Positions 23,664-30,095 of a stretch of 35,717 bases of DNA are shown here, one piece after another. Source of the stretch: a virus; the IMG/VR virus record IMGVR_UViG_3300006099_000051. One strand, given 5' to 3'. The notes beneath the pieces are model-generated. The model made no database searches, was not told where the DNA came from, and saw only the letters and a program-made list of their open reading frames with translations. Made by a program: the position numbers and the translations under genes. Each line of letters begins with the position of its first letter. The first letter of the stretch is position 1.

Positions 23664-23879
23664 CTATTTTTGATTAAAAGATTTATCAAGATGGGCGCGT
23701 TCGGCAGCGCAGAGCGTTTCATAAACCGCTTTCATGCAATTCAGTTCATAATCAGCAACAACCTGATCCATTTTTCCGCGGGCAATCATGTTGGGATAAA
23801 AATTTTCGCGGCGACGTATTTCACGGATGACGCACTGGATTTGGTTGCTGATTTTGCTGTATGTTGGTGTTTTCTTCAT
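23664..23879 (-). CDS. Hypothetical early protein (71 aa)
   Basis: RBS aaggagc. ORF in the leftward operon. Confidence 0.6.
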   Translation of the reverse strand: MKKTPTYSKISNQIQCVIREIRRRENFYPNMIARGKMDQVVADYELNCMKAVYETLCAAERAHLDKSFNQK

Positions 23880-24001
23880 ATTTGCTCCTTATGTTGATTT
23901 AATATTGTTGAGGTGTTGACCTGGATTCCGGCTCGGAGGCCGGAATGACAAAGAAAAACAGCTTGAATGACAGTGCCGATTGAGGGCGTAGCATTAATAG
24001 A

Positions 24002-24253
24002 CTATTTTAATTTATCAACGGCGGTGGGAATGCGCGCCCAGAATTTGATGTTGCGGGTATCGGAAAATTTATTTCCAATCCATGTTGAAACATCGTAATT
24101 ATAAGGCGGGATGCCGTTGTTGATGTGTTCGCCGGCAAATTTGCTTTTATAAAAGCGCGGGTTAGGGTAGGCGATTAGAAATGTGTTCCAGCGCTCGATT
24201 TCTGTTGGCTTTTGTGCCGGATACGGATTCCAAAAGGGGGAGCGGTTAATCAT
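24002..24253 (-). CDS. Hypothetical early protein (83 aa from MINRSPFWNPYP)
   Basis: The ATG at 24253 overlaps the stop of the upstream micro-ORF (ATGATTAA). The track ORF extends to 24304. Confidence 0.55.
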   Translation of the reverse strand: MINRSPFWNPYPAQKPTEIERWNTFLIAYPNPRFYKSKFAGEHINNGIPPYNYDVSTWIGNKFSDTRNIKFWARIPTAVDKLK

Positions 24254-24383
24254 TTTTTTCCTCATTGATAAAAGTTTTTTTGTAGATGATGTCCAGCTGC
24301 TCAAAGCTGGGGTTCATTTTGGCTTGTTCTAAAATCTGGCGTATGGTTTGCAGATTTTCGATGGCTTTTGAATTGGTGTTCAT
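24246..24383 (-). CDS. Small hypothetical protein (45 aa)
   Basis: RBS aaggagc upstream of the ATG at 24383. MNTNSKAIENLQTIRQILEQAKMNPSFEQLDIIYKKTFINEEKND. Confidence 0.45.
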   Translation of the reverse strand: MNTNSKAIENLQTIRQILEQAKMNPSFEQLDIIYKKTFINEEKND

Positions 24384-24458
24384 GTTTGCTCCTTGCGTTG
24401 CTGGGATGCCTTATCCTCGCATTCTGGTCGAACGCTCGAAGGCATGACGGCTGTGGGG

Positions 24459-24608
24459 TTACCTCATAAATTGGATAAGTGTATAAAGCGGCAGGAACTT
24501 CAGGCAGAAGCCGCAAAATCCGGCGGTCAATTGATCTGTGAGACGGATACAGCGCTCAATATGCTGTAATTCTGACGGCTCATCGTATAAGTAATAATCT
24601 GGCTGCAT
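24459..24608 (-). CDS. Small Cys-containing hypothetical protein (49 aa)
   Basis: RBS ggaggaac upstream of the ATG at 24608. MQPDYYLYDEPSELQHIERCIRLTDQLTAGFCGFCLKFLPLYTLIQFMR. Confidence 0.35.
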   Translation of the reverse strand: MQPDYYLYDEPSELQHIERCIRLTDQLTAGFCGFCLKFLPLYTLIQFMR

Positions 24609-24650
24609 AGGGTGTTCCTCCGGCTAAATAGGTGAATCGATAAAGTAAAT

Positions 24651-25055
24651 TTATAAAGCGAGAACCGGCCTGACGTAGTTATTGCTACCGTTCTTATAGT
24701 AGTAGTTCCTATTACCAATATTCATAGTGAATCTCCACGCACTGTAATTAGTGAACTCGGTAGAGGACCAGACTGTTTCATCATCAATGGGGGTAAATCC
24801 AGCAGCCGTGAGGGATTGGTTCAAAACCCCTTTATTGTCATAAATCGCTTGGCATTGGCGCAGATTGGGCATTTCGGCAAAAAGTTCCTCACATTCCTTT
24901 TTTCCGTCGTACCAGTCAACATCTTCAATCATCTCCGGATGCATGGCAAAGGCGTGATACTCATCTTCAACGACTACAATGCCTTTGAACTTTTTGTTCT
25001 CGTCAAACTCCGGGCTGATGGTCCCGTCAAAATAAGCGTAATCTCCTGTTTTCAT
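24651..25055 (-). CDS. DUF1566 domain protein, paralogue 2 (first gene of the leftward early operon)
   Basis: ...MPNLRQCQAIYDNKG...VWSSTEFTNYSAWRFTMNIG...YVRPVLAL. RBS aggag. Confidence 0.7.
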   Translation of the reverse strand: MKTGDYAYFDGTISPEFDENKKFKGIVVVEDEYHAFAMHPEMIEDVDWYDGKKECEELFAEMPNLRQCQAIYDNKGVLNQSLTAAGFTPIDDETVWSSTEFTNYSAWRFTMNIGNRNYYYKNGSNNYVRPVLAL

Positions 25056-25091
25056 TTTTTTATCTCCTGTGTTTATTCATTTTGTGTATGT

Positions 25092-25120
25092 ATATTTATT
25101 CATAAAATGAATAATGTCAA
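25092..25120 (-). promoter_or_regulatory. PL-like early-left promoter with an embedded operator
   Basis: On the minus strand: TTGACA (25120-25115), immediately followed by the palindrome TTATTCA-n5-TGAATAA (25096-25114) and an AT-rich -10 (AAATAT). Same layout as the rightward promoter at 26783. Confidence 0.7.
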
Positions 25121-25164
25121 TAGAAGAAATAAAAAAATATTCTTAATATGAATATGTAAGGGCG

Positions 25165-25187
25165 AGAAAAACCGCCCGAAGGCGGTT
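25165..25187 (-). terminator. Intrinsic terminator of the cI-DUF3800 operon
   Basis: On the minus strand: aaccgcc-ttcg-ggcggtt followed by ttttt. Confidence 0.75.
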
Positions 25188-25267
25188 GGAAGGAAAGAGG
25201 GTGGTTAATTTTTTGGGAGGTACTGTGTTGAATTTTCACATAAATAGTATAAATGCTATTTATTATG

Positions 25268-25296
25268 TTGACATCTATATGATGATTTGTTATATC
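25268..25296 (+). promoter_or_regulatory. Promoter of a candidate small RNA
   Basis: TTGACA (25268-25273), 17 nt, TATATC (25291-25296), with a TGt extended -10. Confidence 0.55.
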
Positions 25297-25302
25297 TATA
25301 AA

Positions 25303-25381
25303 TGGAATTGCCCGCTATACCGAAGCAGCTCCGTACGGAGTGTGCAAAGCTCGACAAGAGAGGTAGGTTAGCGGGTTTTTA
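25303..25381 (+). ncRNA. Candidate ~78-nt structured small RNA, convergent with the DUF3800 gene and antisense to the immunity-operon 3' UTR
   Basis: GCCCGCTA (25310-25317) pairs with TAGCGGGT (25369-25376), followed by a U-run. There is an internal hairpin CTCC-GUAC-GGAG (25329-25340). No credible ORF. Confidence 0.45.
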
Positions 25382-25981
25382 TTTAAAAATCCATACATCC
25401 AATTTCTTATTGATTTGATTTAGCCATTTTTTTTGTGATTCTGTTGGTGTTGGTGAATGGGCGTGGATGGTAAGGCCGACTATCATATCGGCTAATTGGA
25501 TAAGGCGGTTATTTTTAGAATCTTCGTATTTTATTTTTGCTACATTGTTGCCTGCTTGAGAACGAATATAGTTAATAAGTTCAGTTTTAACTGAATCTTT
25601 TTTGCCGTCTAATTTTACAGAGGCGTTATTTAGTCTAGCGTGAGTTAAAACCTGTTTGAGGAAAAAGTTATAAAATTTATTAGCGTTACTGCGCAATTCT
25701 GAGCTGTTTACGAGTTTTTTGTTTACATAGAGGATTTTTGCGCGGAAATGACAGGCAGATATTTCTTGAAAAAATATATCTTTTACGCGATTGCAAGTTT
25801 TTGAGTATTTGAATTCAGAAAGGTGTCTTGCTTGTGTTGCAATGTGATTTATGGTTAATTCAGTATCCTCGGCATCCTTGGAATCTTCAAATATGATTAG
25901 GGCAAAAGCAAAGTTTTGCGAGGAATTTGCTTTAAATCCAGGATCGCCGCTTTCATCTATAAAAACTAATTGCTTAGTCAT
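25379..25981 (-). CDS. DUF3800 domain protein, translationally coupled to the repressor gene
   Basis: The N-terminus LVFIDESGDPGF and the C-terminal LIQLADMIVG match the DUF3800 pattern. Its ATG overlaps the cI stop (TAATG). Confidence 0.75.
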   Translation of the reverse strand: MTKQLVFIDESGDPGFKANSSQNFAFALIIFEDSKDAEDTELTINHIATQARHLSEFKYSKTCNRVKDIFFQEISACHFRAKILYVNKKLVNSSELRSNANKFYNFFLKQVLTHARLNNASVKLDGKKDSVKTELINYIRSQAGNNVAKIKYEDSKNNRLIQLADMIVGLTIHAHSPTPTESQKKWLNQINKKLDVWIFK

Positions 25982-26733
25982 TATCCTACCTTTTCCGCTT
26001 TAAGTGTGTAAATAATGCGGCCGAGAATGATAATATCTGATAATTTGGCATTTTCGTCTTTATAGTGCTGGTTGTCAGATAGAATTCTTATGGTGTTGGG
26101 TTCGGCGGAGCCTTGCAGGCGTTTGACGGCCAAGCCGGTGGAAAGGTGCAACAAATATATGCCGTCTGATTCCGGTGCGCGGCGCGAGGTATCTGTCAGC
26201 ACCCAGTCGCCGTCTTTTAAGGTTGGTTCCATGCTGTCGCCGCAGATGCGCAGCATTTTTATTTTGTCAGGCGTAGATGTATGAGAAATTGTGCGGAAAT
26301 CTTCGGTCGATATAATCCATTGGCCGGAGACGTTTTCGGAAAAGTTGTCAATCCCGTTGCCACAACAGGCGGTAACGTCCAGAATATCAATGGCGATATT
26401 GTCGGCAGGGGCTTTTTTGAAGAAGGAAGAAACGGTGTTGACGATTTTTTCGGCCGCGGCGGTGGTACCGGAAGTCGGAAGAGATAATGAGATTTTATCA
26501 GCTTTTCCCAAATTGTACGCGGTTAATTCACCTAAATCTAGGTTAAAAAATTTTGCAATATTATAAAGTTTGCTGGAAGGAATGTCTCTTTTATTGGATA
26601 ACAATTCAGAAACGCGTGCTTGATTCCAGTCAACTTTTTCCGCAAATTCTGCCTGGCTTATTTTGCGCTGCGTTAATATGTCATTCATCCATTGCCATTT
26701 ATTCATTGTTTTTTTTTGCCTCTTTTTATACAT
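25981..26733 (-). CDS. cI: CI/LexA-type repressor (HTH_XRE + S24 peptidase)
   Basis: ISQAEFAEKVDWNQARVSELLSNKR is the HTH. GDSMEPTLKDGDW...GLAVKRL is the S24 Ser/Lys signature. The start is at 26733 (possibly leaderless) or 26706. The track ORF upstream of these starts is non-coding. Confidence 0.9.
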   Translation of the reverse strand: MYKKRQKKTMNKWQWMNDILTQRKISQAEFAEKVDWNQARVSELLSNKRDIPSSKLYNIAKFFNLDLGELTAYNLGKADKISLSLPTSGTTAAAEKIVNTVSSFFKKAPADNIAIDILDVTACCGNGIDNFSENVSGQWIISTEDFRTISHTSTPDKIKMLRICGDSMEPTLKDGDWVLTDTSRRAPESDGIYLLHLSTGLAVKRLQGSAEPNTIRILSDNQHYKDENAKLSDIIILGRIIYTLKAEKVG

Positions 26734-26740
26734 ATTGTGT

Positions 26741-26768
26741 ATAATATCACATTTTTTTTGTTTGTAAA
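26741..26768 (-). promoter_or_regulatory. PRM-like repressor-maintenance promoter
   Basis: On the minus strand: TTTACA (26768-26763), 16 nt, TGaTATTAT (26749-26741). The ATG at 26733 lies about 8 nt after the -10, so the transcript may be leaderless. Confidence 0.5.
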
Positions 26769-26782
26769 ATGCATAAAATGAA

Positions 26783-26812
26783 TTGACATTATTCGTTTTG
26801 TGAATATATATA
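26783..26812 (+). promoter_or_regulatory. PR-like early-right promoter with an embedded operator
   Basis: TTGACA (26783-26788), immediately followed by TTATTC-n6-TGAATA (26789-26806) and a TATATA -10 region. cro starts at 26831. Confidence 0.75.
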
Positions 26813-26830
26813 AATGGTAGGAGGTGCAAA

Positions 26831-27028
26831 ATGCAAATACGAGCCAATAAAATTATAGAAGAATTTGGAGGAGTTTGTCGAATGGCAAAAGCTCTTGGTA
26901 TTTGGCCGAGTGTTGTGCAGGGGTGGAAAAATCGAAATAAGATTCCGATTTGGCGAATGTCTGTAATTTTATCCAAAGCAGCTGAAATGAATATTGATTT
27001 GGCTGATATAGATGATGGAGAGGAATAG
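26831..27028 (+). CDS. cro: Cro-like small HTH regulator
   Basis: 65 aa. FGGVCRMAKALGIWPSVVQGWKNRNKIP resembles Cro/YdaS-type HTH. RBS ggaggtg. Divergent from cI. Confidence 0.8.
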   Translation: MQIRANKIIEEFGGVCRMAKALGIWPSVVQGWKNRNKIPIWRMSVILSKAAEMNIDLADIDDGEE

Positions 27029-27691
27029 ATGGATATTTCGTCTCTGGAAAACAAAATTATCAATGCAGATTGTCTGGATATTCTTAAACAGCTGCCGGAT
27101 AAGTGCGTTGATTTAGTGCTGACTGACCCGCCGTATGGGATAGGTAATAAATTTACATCGGAATATGGTTTACAAGTTCAGAAAAGCAAGAGGGGGAGTT
27201 TTTCTTGGAATGATGCAATTCCATCCAAAGAAATTTTTGACGAAATTAAACGTGTTTCAAGGAATCAAATAATATTTGGCGGTAATTATTTTACAGAATA
27301 TTTGAAGCCGACAAATTCATGGCTGATTTGGGATAAGGTGGGGGAATATAATTTAAAGAATCCTTTTTCCGATTGTGAATTAGCATGGACAAGTTTTAAA
27401 AAGCCGATGCGCAAATATACGATTGTTAATATGGGGTTTATTTCCCAATCTGAAGAAAAAGGTAAAAGAATTCATCCGACTCAAAAGCCATTAAAGCTCT
27501 TTCAGAAAATTTTATCTGATTTCAGCAAGGAAAATGACCTTGTTCTTGATTGTTTTTCCGGTTCGGGGACGACAGCGGTGGCGTGTCATAAGCTAAAACG
27601 GCGGTTTATTTGTATTGAAAAAGATTTTGACTACTGGAAGTCCAGCGTTGCCCGGCTGGATGAGGTTCAGAGGCAGGGCAGTTTGTTTTAA
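27029..27691 (+). CDS. DNA methyltransferase, N6-adenine/N4-cytosine type (beta class), orphan
   Basis: LVLTDPPYG (motif IV) precedes VLDCFSGSGTTAVA (motif I). HPTQKPLKL is also present. No adjacent endonuclease. Confidence 0.9.
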   Translation: MDISSLENKIINADCLDILKQLPDKCVDLVLTDPPYGIGNKFTSEYGLQVQKSKRGSFSWNDAIPSKEIFDEIKRVSRNQIIFGGNYFTEYLKPTNSWLIWDKVGEYNLKNPFSDCELAWTSFKKPMRKYTIVNMGFISQSEEKGKRIHPTQKPLKLFQKILSDFSKENDLVLDCFSGSGTTAVACHKLKRRFICIEKDFDYWKSSVARLDEVQRQGSLF

Positions 27692-27709
27692 CAGATATAA
27701 GGAGGCATA

Positions 27710-27937
27710 ATGTTTGGTTTTGGCAAGAAAAAGAAGCATGTTCGATTGGACAAGGGCTGCGATAACGCGACAATAGAGAATTCTTATATAAATGAGTTTA
27801 ATCGGTTGGCGGCTAAGATTGTTGATGAGCAAAACCGATTGAAAGCGGATCATTGGGATAAGGAAGCTTTTGAACAGCTTGATACTATGGTTAAGAGGAT
27901 GTCTTTTTTGGCTTATCGGCATGGTTTTAGTAAATAA
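27710..27937 (+). CDS. Hypothetical early protein (75 aa)
   Basis: RBS aaggagg. No motif recognised. Confidence 0.6.
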   Translation: MFGFGKKKKHVRLDKGCDNATIENSYINEFNRLAAKIVDEQNRLKADHWDKEAFEQLDTMVKRMSFLAYRHGFSK

Positions 27938-27951
27938 GAGAGGAGAAAGTT

Positions 27952-28566
27952 ATGGAAGATATGAATATGGTGGCGCATTGTGTTGCTATTGGCGGTGTGG
28001 GGATGGTGTTGGGAGCTGTTGTTTCTTGGCTATATTGTGTATTAGCCGCCGGCAGCCCCAGCGGGGCAGGCACCGGCAGCGCCCCCGGCGGGGGAGACTT
28101 CACAGGCACGGAGATGCCTAATCCTCGCACATGCCAGTGTGTTCGGAGGCATGACGGAAAGGATGGTGACGTTGTAACGGCGGAAATTGAAGTTATTCCA
28201 GAGATTGGGGAATATGTAAAAGGCCGCGGGGTATATGCCGGTATTAACCGGAGCGGCAAGCATTTGTATGTACGCTTGAAAGATCATTTGATGGAGATGA
28301 GCTGGAGCGGGATGATGAAGCAGTATAAGCCGGAAAATCTGCCGACAATCGAAGATTTGGTGTTGATTTATATTCACAATGACAAAATTAACGCGGGCTT
28401 GATTGCTGCAGGCGGGCAGCCGTTAAAGGAAGATGGTTTCTATTGGTCCTCTACCGAGATCTATTATAACTACGCGTGGAAGTTCAGTATGCATAATGGT
28501 CGCAGGTACAGCACCAGTAAGTACTCTAGCAATGGCTACGTCAGGCCGGTTCGTTTGTTGGGATAA
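27952..28566 (+). CDS. DUF1566 domain protein, paralogue 3, with an N-terminal TM segment and a Gly/Pro-rich linker
   Basis: VAIGGVGMVLGAVVSWLYCVLAA is the TM segment. The C-terminus reads NLPTIEDLVLIYIHNDK...FYWSSTEIYYNYAWKFSMHNG...YVRPVRLL. Confidence 0.7.
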   Translation: MEDMNMVAHCVAIGGVGMVLGAVVSWLYCVLAAGSPSGAGTGSAPGGGDFTGTEMPNPRTCQCVRRHDGKDGDVVTAEIEVIPEIGEYVKGRGVYAGINRSGKHLYVRLKDHLMEMSWSGMMKQYKPENLPTIEDLVLIYIHNDKINAGLIAAGGQPLKEDGFYWSSTEIYYNYAWKFSMHNGRRYSTSKYSSNGYVRPVRLLG

Positions 28567-28573
28567 GTCGCCA

Positions 28574-28963
28574 ATGAAGAAAATGCATGCGCTTAAAGGA
28601 AAAGCTCAAGAATTAGCGAAAAAGTTTGGAGTTTCGCAGGAAATAGCAGACAGCTTTAGTTATGAGGATGAAGAAATGGAAAAAGAGCCTAAGATGCAAA
28701 TTGTTTATGATGCAGACAATGACAGTAAGAATATTCAACTGTCGGCCGATCGGTTGCGGTCATTGATTGAACGAGTGGAGCGTTTGGAGGAGGAAAAGGC
28801 AGCCATCGGCTCGGATATTCGCGATGTTTTTGCCGAAGCGAAAAGCGCGGGGTTTGACGTGAAATGTATGCGGGCGGTTATTAAGCTGCGGAAGATGAAT
28901 GCCGCGGATCGTGATGAGCAAGAGCTGTTGCTGGATACTTATTGCAAAGCTTTGGATATGTAG
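28574..28963 (+). CDS. GapR / DUF2312 (UPF0335) family DNA-binding protein
   Basis: LRSLIERVERLEEEKAAIGSDIRDVFAEAKSAGFDVKCMRAVIKLRKMNAADRDEQELLLDTYCKALDM aligns closely with the GapR core as I recall it. The ATG is at 28574; the track ORF starts further upstream. Confidence 0.8.
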   Translation: MKKMHALKGKAQELAKKFGVSQEIADSFSYEDEEMEKEPKMQIVYDADNDSKNIQLSADRLRSLIERVERLEEEKAAIGSDIRDVFAEAKSAGFDVKCMRAVIKLRKMNAADRDEQELLLDTYCKALDM

Positions 28964-29003
28964 CCGTTCAAGAGGCCGGCGATGAGTTCTGAACCCCTCC
29001 TGA

Positions 29004-29027
29004 CCTCCCCTTATCATTAAGGGGAGG
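29004..29027 (+). other. Perfect 10-bp hairpin without a U-tract
   Basis: cctcccctta-tcat-taaggggagg. The 3' arm contains a GGGGAGG Shine-Dalgarno-like sequence upstream of a 34-codon ORF (29040..29144). Confidence 0.6.
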
Positions 29028-29202
29028 AAATGGCCGGCAATGCCAGAGAAAGATTTCGGGGAGTATGAACGGAAGGCGGGCGCAGGCGTCCGTGAAGATG
29101 CAAACCATAAGGCAGAAAGCCGGTTCCCCGATTTACTGACATGACCGGCGAAATTTGCATCAACCTGCGCAGATTTTTTTTTATTCAATTAAGGATTTTG
29201 TG

Positions 29203-30084
29203 ATGGTGAAAATAAAATACATTGATTTGTTTTCCGGAATTGGCGGATTTACGCTGGGATTACAAAACGCCGGAATTGAATTTGACAGGCATTATTTTAG
29301 CGAGATAGATAAAAACGCTATTTCCATTTATAAAAAACATTTTCCAGCAGCAAAGGCGTTAGGCGATGTCACAACAATTAGAACTTTTTCAGGAATATCG
29401 GCCGATCTCATTACCTTCGGATTTCCCTGTCAAGATCTTTCATATGCTGGCAAAAGGCAAGGTTTGGCAGGCGCACGAAGCGGTTTGTTCTTTGAAGCGT
29501 TGCGGATTGTCAGGCAAGTTAAGCCTAAATATTTTATCTTTGAAAACGTCAAGGGATTGTTTACAAGTGACGGAGGAGCGGACTTTGTCAGATGTCTGCG
29601 AGAAATTGCCGACATTGGGCTATATGACTGCGAATGGCAGCTTGTTAATACAAGCTGGATATTACCCCAAAATCGAGAGCGGATATACTTTATCGGACAT
29701 CTTAGAGGAGCATCCTCCCCGAAAGTATTTCCTATCCGCGGACAGGCAGAAGAAAATAATAAATTTATTAAAGAAGCGCGGCGAGATTTAACCGTTTGGC
29801 CGGTGTGCGACATTACTTCTGCAAGTAAAATGCAAACTGGGCGGATGATTGGCGGTAGAAATGCATTTACTTTGACTACACGCAATATGCAGGGTGTTTG
29901 GAACGGGGAAAATTTTCGTTTTTTGATGCCGGTGGAGAGAGAACGTTTGCAGGGATTTCCCGATGGATGGACGGCCGAAGGAATAAACGGCGAAATAATA
30001 TCAGATAACGTTCGCGCAGAATTATTGGGGCGAGCCGTAACGGTGGGTATGGTTCAATTAATAGCACAGAAGTTATTCAATTAA
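29203..30084 (+). CDS. DNA (cytosine-5) methyltransferase, orphan
   Basis: DLFSGIGGF (motif I), FPCQDLS (IV), FENVKGL (VI), QNRERIYFIG (VIII), RERLQGFPDGW and GRAVTV (X). Confidence 0.92.
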   Translation: MVKIKYIDLFSGIGGFTLGLQNAGIEFDRHYFSEIDKNAISIYKKHFPAAKALGDVTTIRTFSGISADLITFGFPCQDLSYAGKRQGLAGARSGLFFEALRIVRQVKPKYFIFENVKGLFTSDGGADFVRCLREIADIGLYDCEWQLVNTSWILPQNRERIYFIGHLRGASSPKVFPIRGQAEENNKFIKEARRDLTVWPVCDITSASKMQTGRMIGGRNAFTLTTRNMQGVWNGENFRFLMPVERERLQGFPDGWTAEGINGEIISDNVRAELLGRAVTVGMVQLIAQKLFN

Positions 30085-30095
30085 AGGATTTAAGG

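Noticed and set aside
25186-25371. Track ORF of 61 aa on the plus strand between PL and the DUF3800 gene
   Set aside because: It has a non-ATG start, no RBS and odd composition. It spans a promoter-like element and a structured, terminator-ended segment. I interpret the region as regulatory or small RNA instead.
26159-26170. ATGCCGTCTGAT, one mismatch from the Neisseria DNA uptake sequence ATGCCGTCTGAA
   Set aside because: It is a single imperfect occurrence inside the repressor coding region. No enrichment is visible elsewhere in the genome, so it is not usable as a host signal.
26734-27063. N-terminal 110 codons of the 360-aa track ORF containing the repressor
   Set aside because: This stretch runs through the divergent promoter/operator region and antisense to cro, and it has no HTH or other motif. 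The repressor homology begins at MNKWQW (26706), with an alternative ATG at 26733.
27870-28377. Overlapping track ORFs (27870..28121 plus strand, 27927..28259 and 28042..28377 minus strand) in the GC-rich linker of the third DUF1566 gene
   Set aside because: They are frames opened by the Gly/Pro/Ala-rich linker sequence. The plus-strand ORF 27952..28566 has an RBS, a TM segment and the conserved domain.
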